DNA of 64,000 nucleotides, from assembly GCA_046045965.1 (NCBI GenBank), contig JBJOKS010000026.1:1-64000 (forward strand), read 5' to 3'. This document shows, one piece after another, positions 11,738 to 22,214 of the stretch. This DNA is from Cyanobacteriota bacterium. Its GTDB lineage: Bacteria; Cyanobacteriota; Cyanobacteriia; Cyanobacteriales; Nostocaceae. The number at the start of each line of letters is the position of its first letter. Within the stretch, counting starts at the first letter, position 1. The notes under the pieces are model-generated. The model saw only the letters and a program-made list of their open reading frames with translations, was not told where the DNA came from and ran no database searches. Position numbers and translations under genes: made by a program.

Positions 11738-11809
11738 GGGTCGCTAACTCAACGGTAGAGTACTCGGCTTTTAACCGATTAGTTCCGGGTTCGAATCCCG
11801 GGCGACCCA
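11738..11809 (+). tRNA. tRNA-Lys (anticodon UUU)
   Basis: Acceptor stem GGGTCGC/GCGACCC, anticodon loop CTTTTAA, T loop GGTTCGAATCC. Confidence 0.97.
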
Positions 11810-12001
11810 TAAAAAGCTGAATGATGATTTTTGTCTGAATCAGGATTTCCAGGATTTAATGATTTCCAGGATGTTGATTTTGTCTGAATCAAGATGTTTA
11901 GGATGTTTTTGAGTGAAGTTGCTTCATTTATGATATCTGGGTAGTAGGCGATCGCTATGCTAAAATGATAGTCATAGTAACAAATATTCAAAGTAATTTC
12001 T

Positions 12002-12277
12002 ATGCAGATTTCTATTGTTTTACCTGATGAATTTGCCAATTGTCTGGCAGCTAAATGGGGTAGTTTAGATAGTAGAGTTACGGAAATAATAGTTGTTGAG
12101 GCTTATCGTCAAGGTTTAATTAGTGTGGGTAAGTTAAGAGAATTATTAGGGATGAAAACTCGTTTGGAAGCTGATGCTTTTTTGAAATCCCAAGGAATTG
12201 ATTTAGCTTACGACGAAAGAGATTTAGAACAGGATTATCAAACTCATCAAGCATTAGAACAATCAGGTACGGTTTAG
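12002..12277 (+). CDS. UPF0175 family putative antitoxin
   Basis: 91 aa, EAYRQGLISVGKLRELLGM HTH-like motif, upstream of a PIN gene. Confidence 0.85.
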   Translation: MQISIVLPDEFANCLAAKWGSLDSRVTEIIVVEAYRQGLISVGKLRELLGMKTRLEADAFLKSQGIDLAYDERDLEQDYQTHQALEQSGTV

Positions 12278-12282
12278 ATAAA

Positions 12283-12762
12283 ATGCTAGTTGTATCTGAT
12301 ACTTCTCCTATTTGTTATTTGGTGTTAATTGGTGAAATTAATCTGCTTGATCAACTTTATAATCAAGTGTTAATTCCGCAAATAGTTCAAGAAGAATTAT
12401 TGAATGAAAAATCACCAATTGAAGTACAAAATTGGATTAATTCTCCTCCTAATTGGTTAATTATTAAAAATATTGATATTTCTTTATCTAGCAAAGATTT
12501 ATCAGTTTTAGATCCAGGAGAAACAGCAGCGATTCTTTTAGCACAACAAGAAAATGCTAGTTTAATCATTATTGATGATGGTTTAGGTAGAAAAATTGCC
12601 AGTGATCGTGGTTTGAAAGTGACTGGTTTACTGGGGGTGTTAGATCAAGCTGCATCAAACAATTTAATTGATTTACCCTCTGTAATTAGTCGTTTGAAAA
12701 AAACAACATTTCGCGCTTCATCAAAATTTCTGGATTCTTTATTACAGCGTTATTCTTCTTGA
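12283..12762 (+). CDS. DUF3368 PIN-domain putative toxin
   Basis: VVSDTSP, LDPGE.AAI.LA, IIDD, GLLGVL motifs. Confidence 0.88.
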   Translation: MLVVSDTSPICYLVLIGEINLLDQLYNQVLIPQIVQEELLNEKSPIEVQNWINSPPNWLIIKNIDISLSSKDLSVLDPGETAAILLAQQENASLIIIDDGLGRKIASDRGLKVTGLLGVLDQAASNNLIDLPSVISRLKKTTFRASSKFLDSLLQRYSS

Positions 12763-12813
12763 ATCTCTTTATTTGTCAGAATCAGGATATCCAGGATTTA
12801 AGGACTCTAAAAC

Positions 12814-12844
12814 TGCATTCCCAGTCTGGAGACTGGGAACGAGG
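12814..12844. repeat. REP-like palindrome
   Basis: TTCCCAGTCT-GG-AGACTGGGAA perfect hairpin between convergent genes. Confidence 0.6.
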
Positions 12845-12864
12845 ACTATCAACTATCAACTAAA

Positions 12865-14244
12865 TTACTCCTGAGTAGCAACCGTCAAAACCTGCGGAGG
12901 AGACGCATCAGGAGGATAAAGAAAATCAAATTCTACCCAGGAATTATCCCCCGGTTTCATATTTAAAGACACTAAAGGTTGACCAGGTTCACCTCTTTTT
13001 TGCACCAAATGTACAAACTTTGTCGCAGGTTTACCTTGATCATCCCGATAACGTACTCGTACAGTACCCCTAAAGAAAACTTGACGCGCAGGAGTTGTAA
13101 AAAACCTTAAACCTGATTTTGTTAACTGATCTTCTTTTATGGGAGTTTGTAGAGATACAGTGACATTTTTTGCACTTTGAGAATTATTCAATAAAGGCAA
13201 TCTTAAACTATATTGAATGCCATAATTACCATGTGCAAAATAAGCGGTGTCAGGATAACGCACTAACATCGGTGCTGTTTGAATTTGACCTGTACCAAAA
13301 GTTCCCCCATGTAAAGAACTTAAAGCATAGGAAAAAGCTTTACCCGGTTCAGGAATAGTTAAAAACCTACTGTTAGAATTATCTGTTAAAAGCGATCGCC
13401 ATTGTGACCCACGGGACACACCCGCAACTCTTCCATAAATTGCAGGTTTACCAGTTCCCTGTATAGGAGTCGGGGTTTTATCTCTTGGTGTCGATAATTC
13501 ACCATTCTTTAATAAATCTTCCCACTCTGCTAAAGTTGGCGATCGCTCACTACCATCAGCGTTTGTCTTTGCAAACATCGCTAAACTAGCAGCATACACA
13601 GTTCCATTACTCCGCAGTCGCATATATGTGGAACGACCGTTTAAAGGTGGATCTAATTCTTTAACGGGAATAGGTAAATTTAATAACATCTGACTTTCCC
13701 CAGGAGGAATGACTATTTGTGCAGGGAAAATATTTTGTCTTCTCCCCCTCAAAATATCAGACATTACCCTACTACCTGGACCTGCAAACACCAAACCTGA
13801 ATCATTAGGAATATAAGCAGGTAATGGTAAAAAAGGTGCGTCTGGTTGACTTAAATAACTTGCACCTTGCAATATATTTACTGTTACTGCTTTGTCACCA
13901 GGATTATGTAAAATTATCCCGTGGTAAAGGGAACGTAAATCTTCCGGTGGTTCTGCTCTAGCAATATGATGAGAAAAAACATCAAACCGTCCCTGAAAAG
14001 GAAAGTTTAAATGTGCAGTGGGTACTTTTTTATCCTCTGAAGGAAAAGTAGAAAGTAAAATTCCTTCCTTTAATACCAATTCTGGACTATTGCTATTAAA
14101 TACTGGTACTGTATCCAACTGTCCTGGTAATGACCGCACTTCTTGAGGTACTACTACTTCTTCTGGTGTTTGTGATATCAAAGTTACTTGAGCAAGAGTC
14201 AAACTGAGTAATACTGGTAACATAGGTGATTTAAAATTGAACAT
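12865..14244 (-). CDS. DUF3370 family protein
   Basis: PVFNSNSPE, GILLSTFP, AHGNYG motifs; signal peptide. Confidence 0.85.
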   Translation of the reverse strand: MFNFKSPMLPVLLSLTLAQVTLISQTPEEVVVPQEVRSLPGQLDTVPVFNSNSPELVLKEGILLSTFPSEDKKVPTAHLNFPFQGRFDVFSHHIARAEPPEDLRSLYHGIILHNPGDKAVTVNILQGASYLSQPDAPFLPLPAYIPNDSGLVFAGPGSRVMSDILRGRRQNIFPAQIVIPPGESQMLLNLPIPVKELDPPLNGRSTYMRLRSNGTVYAASLAMFAKTNADGSERSPTLAEWEDLLKNGELSTPRDKTPTPIQGTGKPAIYGRVAGVSRGSQWRSLLTDNSNSRFLTIPEPGKAFSYALSSLHGGTFGTGQIQTAPMLVRYPDTAYFAHGNYGIQYSLRLPLLNNSQSAKNVTVSLQTPIKEDQLTKSGLRFFTTPARQVFFRGTVRVRYRDDQGKPATKFVHLVQKRGEPGQPLVSLNMKPGDNSWVEFDFLYPPDASPPQVLTVATQE

Positions 14245-14250
14245 TTATAG

Positions 14251-14327
14251 GTGACTGGGGACTGGGGACTGGGTAATAGGTAATAGGTAATAGGTAATAG
14301 GTAATAGGTAATAGGTAATAGGTAATT
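14251..14327. repeat. STRR arrays (GACTGGG, GGTAATA)
   Basis: Tandem heptamers. Confidence 0.9.
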
Positions 14328-14351
14328 AATTATATTTTTCCCAATCACCAA

Positions 14352-14921
14352 TCACCAATCACCAATTACCAAATTATTAATGATTAAAACAAAATCAGCC
14401 AGAATGCCTAACAAATTTTCTTGATTCAAAATCGGGACGTGAACAAAAATGCAAGGAATAGGGAGTTGAGATTGACTCAGGTAGTCCAACACTGAATAAT
14501 AAAGACCTTCGCACACAAATTTACCACAGTCGTAGCTAATCTCAACTGCCGCTGTTCCAGCTACTAATTGTTCAACATCAACAGTTGTTTGCAAAATTGT
14601 TGGCAAAAAACTTTCTGGACAATCTTTAGATGAAATATCCGTAGCCTGAACAGACATGATACTAGCAACAACTTCCACACTTAAATTTTTCCGACTAGCA
14701 GCCATACCACAACAGATAACATAGTCCGGTTGGAGTTCATTGATTTTGGCAATAACGCAAGAACTAGCAAGCGCAACATCTACAGGTAGCCGATGCAGAA
14801 AATTTAAATCATGATAGATAGAAGCCATTTTGGCTAGTTCGAGTAACAAATCATCAGAAGAATTTGACTGTTGTTCACTCAGCCAAGTGTCAAAAGAAGT
14901 TAATAAGATTTTTTTCTGCAT
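14352..14921 (-). CDS. Pyroglutamyl-peptidase I family (peptidase C15)
   Basis: ILLTSF, GKFVCE (catalytic Cys), FVHVP (His). Confidence 0.85.
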   Translation of the reverse strand: MQKKILLTSFDTWLSEQQSNSSDDLLLELAKMASIYHDLNFLHRLPVDVALASSCVIAKINELQPDYVICCGMAASRKNLSVEVVASIMSVQATDISSKDCPESFLPTILQTTVDVEQLVAGTAAVEISYDCGKFVCEGLYYSVLDYLSQSQLPIPCIFVHVPILNQENLLGILADFVLIINNLVIGDW

Positions 14922-14984
14922 AAAAAATATTATTTAGAATTAGAATATAAATGCTTCCCTAATAAATTTACAAGGAGCAAGTAA

Positions 14985-15620
14985 ATGCCAGTCATTGCGG
15001 TCGTAGATTATGATATGGGAAATTTGCACTCAGTCTGTAAAGGTTTAGAAAAAGCTGGTGCAACTCCTAAAGTAACTTATTCTGCCAAAGAGTTAGAACA
15101 AGCAGATGCTATAGTTTTGCCAGGAGTGGGAGCTTTTGATCCCGCAGTCCAGCACTTGCGATCGCGTGGTTTGGAACAACCAATAAAAGATGTGATCGCA
15201 TCCGGTAAACCGTTCTTAGGTATTTGTCTAGGACTGCAAATTTTATTTGAATCTAGCGCCGAAGGAACTCAACCAGGACTAGGAATAGTGCGGGGAAAAG
15301 TACGCCGATTTCGTCCAGAACCAGGAATAGCTATTCCCCACATGGGTTGGAATCAACTGCAACTGACTCAACCAAAAAGTATTTTATGGGAACATTTACC
15401 CCATCAACCTTGGGTTTATTTTGTCCATTCCTACTATGTTGAGCCAACTGATCCACAAATTAGAGCAGCAACAGTAACTCATGGAAGTCAAACTGTGACA
15501 GCAGCGATCGCTCATGAAAATCTCATGGCAGTCCAATTCCATCCTGAAAAATCCTCTAATATCGGATTGCAAGTTTTATCTAATTTTGTGGCTCAAGTCC
15601 GTGAAAAAATCCCTGCTTAA
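14985..15620 (+). CDS. hisH: Imidazole glycerol phosphate synthase glutaminase subunit
   Basis: PGVG, GICLG, PHMGWN, YFVHSY, QFHPEKS. Confidence 0.97.
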   Translation: MPVIAVVDYDMGNLHSVCKGLEKAGATPKVTYSAKELEQADAIVLPGVGAFDPAVQHLRSRGLEQPIKDVIASGKPFLGICLGLQILFESSAEGTQPGLGIVRGKVRRFRPEPGIAIPHMGWNQLQLTQPKSILWEHLPHQPWVYFVHSYYVEPTDPQIRAATVTHGSQTVTAAIAHENLMAVQFHPEKSSNIGLQVLSNFVAQVREKIPA

Positions 15621-15691
15621 TAAAAATTTGCATTTTTTTCAGTTGTTAGTTTTCTGTTAACTAATAACTAATGACCAATGATCAATAACTA

Positions 15692-16249
15692 ATGAGTCTG
15701 AGAATTTACGGGAATCGTCTGTTAAAAACTTTGCCAGGGCAAGATACTAGACCTACCAGTGCGCGAGTACGGGAGGCCGTTTTTAATATTTGGCAGGGAG
15801 AAATTGATAATTGTCGCTGGTTAGATTTATGTGCCGGTAGTGGTTCAATGGGTGCTGAGGCTTTATGTAGGGGAGCCAGCTTAGTAGTAGGAATTGAACA
15901 ATCAAGTCGAGCCTGTGCCATTATTCAACAAAATTGGCAGCAGGTAGCTAATAATGATCAAAAATTTCAAATATTGCGGGGTAATATACTCCAGCAATTA
16001 AAAAAATTATCAAGTCAAAAATTTGACAGAATATATTTTGATCCACCTTATGCCAGTGGTTTATATGAGCCTGTTTTAGAAGCGATCGCTCACAATCAAC
16101 TTTTAGATCCTCACGGGGAAATAGCAGTAGAACATAGTCATAATTTTACACCCCCAGAAATACAAAATTGGCAAATCTGCCATCAAAAAGTTTATGGCAA
16201 CACAGCCCTAACTTTTTACACAACTCTCGAATTACAGGAGAGCGAGTGA
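15692..16249 (+). CDS. rsmD: 16S rRNA m2G966 methyltransferase
   Basis: TRPT...VREAVFN, LDLCAGSG, DPPY. Confidence 0.93.
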   Translation: MSLRIYGNRLLKTLPGQDTRPTSARVREAVFNIWQGEIDNCRWLDLCAGSGSMGAEALCRGASLVVGIEQSSRACAIIQQNWQQVANNDQKFQILRGNILQQLKKLSSQKFDRIYFDPPYASGLYEPVLEAIAHNQLLDPHGEIAVEHSHNFTPPEIQNWQICHQKVYGNTALTFYTTLELQESE

Positions 16250-16306
16250 TGGGGTACTGGTTTAATAGTCCCCACCACTCAAAACTCAAAACTCAGCCCT
16301 CAGAAC

Positions 16307-16420
16307 TCAGCCGCCCAATTCAGTGGGGCGCTTGTATTGCTTATAGGCAGCGTAAAACAGTCCGCTAAGGGTGACGAAAATCAGACCCAGAACAATACCT
16401 GACAGAAGGGGTTCAACCAC
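16307..16420 (-). CDS. petG: Cytochrome b6f subunit V
   Basis: Manual translation from [40 protein letters not shown], 37 aa; not in the ORF track. Confidence 0.96.
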   Translation of the reverse strand: MVEPLLSGIVLGLIFVTLSGLFYAAYKQYKRPTELGG

Positions 16421-16629
16421 TGTAAATCTCCTCTTTGCAAATTTTCAAGATTCGTTTCCTGTTTTTGATTTTACCAAATCCCGCATCCATCCAGCGCCCT
16501 ACACCGTTTTTGGATTGTAAATACTATCTAAAAATTTTCATCTGTGCTTGCAGGTATAATCAAGAAATTTTAAGCTATGTGTAGAAGATGAAAAGTTTTT
16601 TGTACACCTAGACTTTAAACGCAAACCTC

Positions 16630-17004
16630 TTGGATAACCAGCTTACCAAACCAGAAACTTTGAGTCAGTGGATCGCTTTGTCAGCTTTGGCGATACTCAT
16701 CGCCATCCTGTTCGCTGTTCTGGGTGTTCAGATAGTTCAAGCCTCCGATCCTTATGTCAAGAATGTTTTATCACAGACGGTAAACCCAGTACAGGGAAAG
16801 GCTATCTTTCAAATCAACTGTGCTGGGTGTCATGGTTCGGAAGGTGATGGATTCGTCGGACCAAGCTTACAAGCTGTCTCCAAGCGCAAATCTCGATACG
16901 GACTAATTCATCAAGTCACCAGTGGTGAAACACCTCCAATGCCCAAATTCCAGCCCAGCGCCCAAGAAATGGCAGACCTTTTGAGTTATTTGGAAAGTTT
17001 ATAA
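16630..17004 (+). CDS. cytM: Cytochrome cM
   Basis: CAGCH haem motif, TPPMP, N-terminal TM helix, divergent from petG. Confidence 0.88.
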   Translation: MDNQLTKPETLSQWIALSALAILIAILFAVLGVQIVQASDPYVKNVLSQTVNPVQGKAIFQINCAGCHGSEGDGFVGPSLQAVSKRKSRYGLIHQVTSGETPPMPKFQPSAQEMADLLSYLESL

Positions 17005-17082
17005 ATAACCAGGGAACCGTCAATATGATTCAGCCTTATTTTACCTGTTATCTTACTTTTGCCATTGTAATGAAATGAAAAT

Positions 17083-17589
17083 TCATGTTAAATTGAGTTT
17101 AAGTGTACATTCGAGAATCAATTTTTGATTCACTAAGGAATAGGGTTGAATTTTCAATGCTTCTTGGAAAGCTTGGATAGCTTCACCATATTTTCCTAGT
17201 GCTGCGTAACACAAGCCCATGCCATGAAGTGCGCCAAAATGCACTGGATTTAGCTGCACAACCATCTGACAGTCAGCGAGAGATTTTTGATAATTGCCTA
17301 TGCTATAATATAAAAAAGCGCGTCTATTCCAAGCCTCAGCAAAATCTGCTTGTAATTGAATAAGTTCTGTTAATACTTCTTCTGCTGTGGTGAGTTCTCC
17401 AGCATCCATCAGTTTTTGACTATAATCAATCTTTTCTAGTCCATATATTCCCTTTTGCTGAAACCAAAACCGCCAAATTTTGCGAGTGGCTTGCTCACGG
17501 ACCAAAGCATCAGGATTTTTCAAGTCTTCCAGTAGAGAATTGATAGATAAAGAATCCATGAATTTGAAACAGGTAAGTTGATCTTGCAA
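17083..17589 (-). CDS. TPR-repeat protein (likely start at ATG 17559)
   Basis: AEAWNRRA, HFGALHGMG TPR motifs. Confidence 0.85.
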   Translation of the reverse strand: MQDQLTCFKFMDSLSINSLLEDLKNPDALVREQATRKIWRFWFQQKGIYGLEKIDYSQKLMDAGELTTAEEVLTELIQLQADFAEAWNRRAFLYYSIGNYQKSLADCQMVVQLNPVHFGALHGMGLCYAALGKYGEAIQAFQEALKIQPYSLVNQKLILECTLKLNLT

Positions 17590-17802
17590 AGAACTTTAGC
17601 AGAAGATGATTGAAGTCTCTGATCTTGATTAAGAATTTTTTGGATAATAATTTGTATTTATTCATACAGAAGTAGAGGTGATCACGTCAGTACAAAAGCA
17701 AGTATTCATGTATTCATAGGAATTGAAAATTTCTGTTCAGTGCATCCTGATGTACCTGTGTATACGTCTGCTATTGATAACTATAAAGATCCAAAGATCC
17801 TT

Positions 17803-18444
17803 TTACTGTAAATTCTCCTGCACCCAACTCCTAAAATTCCGCATTGCCTGACTTCTGCCAATAGTTAAACACTGCTGCACATACTCATTAACTATTTCCA
17901 CAATGGGAATATTAGGAAAATTAGGACTAGATTGAGATTTAATATATTGCCCATCCAGTAGCAAGAAAATTTCTAAACCTTGTTTTTGATATCGCCAAAG
18001 TTCAGGAACTCCCAAAATTTGATAATTTTCAAATTGAGTCCGAGAAGTAATATCAATTTCAATAGCTAAATCTGGTGGTGGATCTATATTTAAATCAATC
18101 CGATTTTTACCAATTACAGCCCCTTGATTTTGAATATAAAAACTGGTATCTGGTTCTACAGCTTGCCTCATTCTCTCATTTTTCAGAGTTGTAGAACCAA
18201 AAGGTTCAAAATCAACATCGAGTATTTCTAACAAAATTTTCACCAAATCACCAACAATTTCCTTATCTTTTTCATGTTCAGGTAAAGGCACCATAATTTC
18301 TAACCAACCATTACTATAGGAAATACGCGCAGCACGCCTTTCTCCCATTTCTTCTAAAATATTTTCTAGTTGCTGCCAACTAATATCTTTGAGTAACATT
18401 TGTTGGCCTGGATGAACAATAATTTGTTGCAATTCTAACAACAT
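17803..18444 (-). CDS. Uma2 family endonuclease
   Basis: EPDTSFYI, PPDLAIEID, GVPELWRY. Confidence 0.92.
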   Translation of the reverse strand: MLLELQQIIVHPGQQMLLKDISWQQLENILEEMGERRAARISYSNGWLEIMVPLPEHEKDKEIVGDLVKILLEILDVDFEPFGSTTLKNERMRQAVEPDTSFYIQNQGAVIGKNRIDLNIDPPPDLAIEIDITSRTQFENYQILGVPELWRYQKQGLEIFLLLDGQYIKSQSSPNFPNIPIVEIVNEYVQQCLTIGRSQAMRNFRSWVQENLQ

Positions 18445-18585
18445 ATTGCCTCTGATTAATTCATAATTATTTATTTTCTACCCTGTCACACTGCTCACAA
18501 TCACAATTTTAACTTAAACATACTCAAAGTCCAGAAATTAGTTAAAATCAACATCACAGAAAAATGAAGCAGGAGAAACCCAGGC

Positions 18586-19308
18586 GTGCCTACACTCGGT
18601 GTAAATATTGACCATATCGCCACCATTCGCCAAGCTAGACGGACGGTGGAACCAGATCCCATTGCCGCAGCGGTATTAGCAGAATTAGCCGGTGCAGATG
18701 GCATTACCGCCCATTTGCGCGAAGATAGAAGACATATTCAAGATAGAGATGTACGTCTGTTGCGCCAAACAGTGAGAACGCACTTAAACTTAGAAATGGC
18801 TGCGACTGATGAAATGTTAGCCATAGCCCTCGATATCAAACCTGATTATGTAACTTTAGTTCCCGAAAAGCGCGAAGAAGTAACAACAGAAGGCGGTTTG
18901 GATATTGTCGGACAAATTGCTAGAATAGGAGAAATAGTTGATAAATTGCAAAATGCTGCCATTCCCGTGAGTTTGTTTATTGATGCCGAACCAGCACAAA
19001 TAGAAGCTTCTGTCAAGGTGCAAACGAAGTTTATTGAACTGCATACCGGACAATATGCTGAGGCTAAAGATGAAACAACTCGCCAGCATGAATTAGCTAT
19101 ATTAGCCAGGGGATGTGAGCAAGCGATTAAAGCAGGTTTGCGCGTCAATGCTGGTCACGGACTCACATACTGGAATGTTTACCCAGTAGCGGCGCTTCCA
19201 GGCATGGAAGAACTGAATATTGGGCATACTATCATCAGTCGGGCGGCTTTGGTAGGAATGGAAAGAGCAGTCCGAGAGATGAAACAAGCAATGATGGGTA
19301 ATTGGTAA
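18586..19308 (+). CDS. pdxJ: Pyridoxine 5'-phosphate synthase
   Basis: [30 protein letters not shown]. Confidence 0.98.
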   Translation: MPTLGVNIDHIATIRQARRTVEPDPIAAAVLAELAGADGITAHLREDRRHIQDRDVRLLRQTVRTHLNLEMAATDEMLAIALDIKPDYVTLVPEKREEVTTEGGLDIVGQIARIGEIVDKLQNAAIPVSLFIDAEPAQIEASVKVQTKFIELHTGQYAEAKDETTRQHELAILARGCEQAIKAGLRVNAGHGLTYWNVYPVAALPGMEELNIGHTIISRAALVGMERAVREMKQAMMGNW

Positions 19309-19367
19309 TTGGTAATTGGTAATTGGTAATTAGCAACTGATAACTGATAACTGATAACTGATAACTG
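19297..19367. repeat. STRR arrays (GGTAATT, AACTGAT)
   Basis: Tandem heptamers overlapping the pdxJ stop codon. Confidence 0.9.
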
Positions 19368-19432
19368 AAGTAGAGGGGTTGTAGCTGCGTAATCCTAAAA
19401 ATTAGAGTCACATTTTTAACCAAAAGACCTCT

Positions 19433-20152
19433 ATGACTTCCACACAGTCTAATAACCTACCCCTTTGGGTACAAGATCGGGATACAGTAATTGCATACAG
19501 TACCCATGCTCAATGGCGCTATCAGACACCACCGGATTATACCCGTTCTAATGAAAATCTCGCTAAAGAAAGCACCTGTAATCACATAGAGGGTACACTA
19601 GAAGCGATCGTGCAGAACTTGGTGAGAACCTTTGAGATGGAGGTATCTTTCAAAAGTAACCCTCAGCAATGGTTATCTGTGGTGAATGATAAGTTTCGCA
19701 TCAGCACAAATGGGGGGAAAGAGTTTACAGCAGCAGAGGTATCCGCCCAAGGTACTTACAACCTATTTATGGCTGATACTGAACATTACAAAGCTTCAGA
19801 AGAAAGTTTTGAATCATCAGCTAAACTCTTCCACAGTACATTTCCTCAAGGTTTTCCTTGGGAAGTGCTAGAAGTTTACTCAGGTCCACCTAATGTTACA
19901 TTTAAGTGGCGACACTGGGGACATTTCCAAGGTGCATATAAAGACTTTGCACCGACGGGGGAGACAGTGGAAATTATTGGTATGAGTGTAGCTCGTGTTA
20001 CCGATGATTTGAAGATTATCGCTTTGGAACACTATTTTGATAATAACCTGTTCTTAGACAAGCTGACAGCAGGTGGCAAAATGGTAAATAGTGAAAACAA
20101 GGGTGGTGGTTGTCCCGTCAGTTCTTGGTTTAAGGGATTGAAGAAAAGTTAA
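19433..20152 (+). CDS. SnoaL-like / pathogenesis-related family protein
   Basis: GFPWEVLEVYSGPP, FKWRHWG, APTG motifs. Confidence 0.8.
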   Translation: MTSTQSNNLPLWVQDRDTVIAYSTHAQWRYQTPPDYTRSNENLAKESTCNHIEGTLEAIVQNLVRTFEMEVSFKSNPQQWLSVVNDKFRISTNGGKEFTAAEVSAQGTYNLFMADTEHYKASEESFESSAKLFHSTFPQGFPWEVLEVYSGPPNVTFKWRHWGHFQGAYKDFAPTGETVEIIGMSVARVTDDLKIIALEHYFDNNLFLDKLTAGGKMVNSENKGGGCPVSSWFKGLKKS

Positions 20153-20159
20153 CTGATCA

Positions 20160-20183
20160 GGGTACAGTGCTGTTACTGTACCC
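20160..20183 (+). terminator. Hairpin after the SnoaL-like gene
   Basis: GGGTACAGT-N6-ACTGTACCC perfect 9-bp stem. Confidence 0.6.
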
Positions 20184-20216
20184 TATAAATTATTAAATAG
20201 TACCCAAAGGTTGAAA

Positions 20217-20546
20217 ATGAAAACATACTATTACGTTTTGGCTAGTCAACACTTTCTGCTCGAAGAAGAACCAATACACGAAGTGTTGAAAGAACGCACC
20301 CGTCACTACCACGAACAAGAAAAAGAAATAGATTTTTGGTTAGTAAAAAACCCAGCTTTTCTAGAAGCACCGGAAATGGCAGCAAATAAAGCTAAGTGTC
20401 CTAAACCTCCGGTAGCAATTATTTCTACCAATTCTCAATTTATAACCTGGTTAAAATTGCGGTTAGAGTATGTTATCACTGGAGAATTTCAGGCTCCTTC
20501 GGCAACAATTTCTGATGCTTTGGCATCTTTAACAACTGTGTCATAA
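20217..20546 (+). CDS. ycf54: Ycf54, MgPME cyclase auxiliary protein
   Basis: YYYVLASQHFLLEEEP, DFWLV, FITWLKLRLEYV. Confidence 0.93.
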   Translation: MKTYYYVLASQHFLLEEEPIHEVLKERTRHYHEQEKEIDFWLVKNPAFLEAPEMAANKAKCPKPPVAIISTNSQFITWLKLRLEYVITGEFQAPSATISDALASLTTVS

Positions 20547-20587
20547 ATTTAAGGCAGGGTGTAGGGTGTAAGGGGTAGGAACGGAAA

Positions 20588-20659
20588 ACTTACTTCTTAC
20601 TTCTTACTTCTTACTTCTTACTTCTTACTTCTTACTTCTTACTTCTTACTTCTTACTTC
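20588..20659. repeat. STRR array (CTTACTT)n, about 10 units
   Basis: Tandem heptamers. Confidence 0.92.
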
Positions 20660-20777
20660 TGCATTTTGCCTATTGCCTATTGCCTTCTGCCTATTCCCCG
20701 TTCCTTGATAACTAGGTCAAAACCAGACTAAACATATAAATTTAGGATTAATTTAGGATTATACAAGATTAAGTATC

Positions 20778-21488
20778 ATGTTATTACCAAAAGTTCATTT
20801 TTTACCAAGTGCTTTATTATTAGCGATAGCTCCTATAATTGCTGGTATTAGTCCTGTCTTATCCCAACCAGCCATTCCTGCTTGTCAACCTCCAAGTGCT
20901 GGGGAATATCTCTTATTAGTTGTTAGTCCCACAGCTAATAATCAACAACAGTTACGTAGTGCATTGCCGTCAGAGCTTAAAACTGTTACCTGTAAATATC
21001 TGAATGAAACAGTAACACGGGTTGGCGGGTTTAACAAAATTGATGATGCCAACCGCTGGGCAAGGTATGTTAACAATGTTGTTGGCTTGTCTGCTATTAT
21101 TACGACTCGACCAACAGCAGCAACCACAGCACCAGCAACCATCGCACCAACAACCATCGCACCAACAACAGTCACACCAGCAATAATCCCAACAGCAAAT
21201 TTACCAACTCAGACACTCAGCTATAATCCCAGAGTATTGGGAGAAGGTTTTGCTGTGTTGGTAGATTATTTCAACCGCCCGGAACTGGCAAATAATTTAC
21301 AAAGATTGGTAGGAGGTAATGTTGGTCTTGTTTCCTATGGACAACGCCCTTACTTGTTAGCTGTTTATACTACTAACCAAACAGAGGCATATAAGACATT
21401 ACAAAAACTGAATGAAAATGGTTTTTTTGCTCTCTTAGCAGACGGTAGAAAAGTCATGTTACTGCGTTCAGTTGTCACAGTAAGGTAA
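20778..21488 (+). CDS. Secreted hypothetical protein with Thr/Pro/Ala linker
   Basis: Signal peptide; two small domains joined by (APTTI)-type repeats. Confidence 0.75.
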   Translation: MLLPKVHFLPSALLLAIAPIIAGISPVLSQPAIPACQPPSAGEYLLLVVSPTANNQQQLRSALPSELKTVTCKYLNETVTRVGGFNKIDDANRWARYVNNVVGLSAIITTRPTAATTAPATIAPTTIAPTTVTPAIIPTANLPTQTLSYNPRVLGEGFAVLVDYFNRPELANNLQRLVGGNVGLVSYGQRPYLLAVYTTNQTEAYKTLQKLNENGFFALLADGRKVMLLRSVVTVR

Positions 21489-21558
21489 TTGGTAATTGGT
21501 GATTATTGCTCCCCTATTCCCTCTTCCCTTCTTACTGTCACCTGTCACCTGTCAACTG

Positions 21559-22023
21559 TCACCTTACAAAATAAGCGGCTCTAGCCAACCAAGAAATGGT
21601 AATACCCAAAGCCGAACCAACTATGACTTGAACTGGTGTATGTCCAAGTAGTTCCTTGAGACGGTCTTGGAAAAAGTCTGGTTTTTCATGAAATAATTCA
21701 TCAATCATTTGATTGAGTATCCGCGCTTGCTTACCAGCGGCTTGGCGCACTCCAGCTGCGTCGTACATAACAATAATGGCAAAAACCGCAGCTACAGCAA
21801 AATCAGGAGATGCCCAACCGATAGTCTGCCCAACACCAGCTGCTAAAGCTGTGACTAAGGCTGAATGGGCGCTGGGCATACCTCCGGTAGTCACTAAAAC
21901 ACGCACATCTATTTTGCGATGTTTGATGACTTCAACGATGAGTTTTAATCCTTGAGCTACAAAACAAGCTACAAGAGCAACCAGCAGCACCCGGTTGTTG
22001 AGAATGTCGCCTATGTCCTGCAT
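21559..22023 (-). CDS. Divergent PAP2 family protein (DUF212)
   Basis: GGMPSAHSA, YDAAGVR, LGHTP. Confidence 0.92.
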   Translation of the reverse strand: MQDIGDILNNRVLLVALVACFVAQGLKLIVEVIKHRKIDVRVLVTTGGMPSAHSALVTALAAGVGQTIGWASPDFAVAAVFAIIVMYDAAGVRQAAGKQARILNQMIDELFHEKPDFFQDRLKELLGHTPVQVIVGSALGITISWLARAAYFVR

Positions 22024-22214
22024 GGTTTTTAGTTACGTAATGAAATTTGAGCAGTGGTTGTGTGTCGAGGAGCAGTTTTTTACACCAGCAATCAGTATTC
22101 AAACCATTTTGGTGGATGATTTGGTGACTAAATTTTGTACTCAAGATTTTAAATTTGAGATTGTTTAATCCCAAATCCCAAATCCCAAATCCAAAATTCT
22201 TCTGTCTGTTGACG

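Noticed and set aside
11779..12039. 86-aa minus-strand ORF
   Set aside because: Overlaps tRNA-Lys and repeat DNA
17752..17765. GTA-N8-TAC NtcA-like site
   Set aside because: No correctly spaced -10 box on either strand; likely chance
17803..18444. Uma2 gene as a defence system
   Set aside because: Highly expanded solo family in cyanobacteria; no partner gene here
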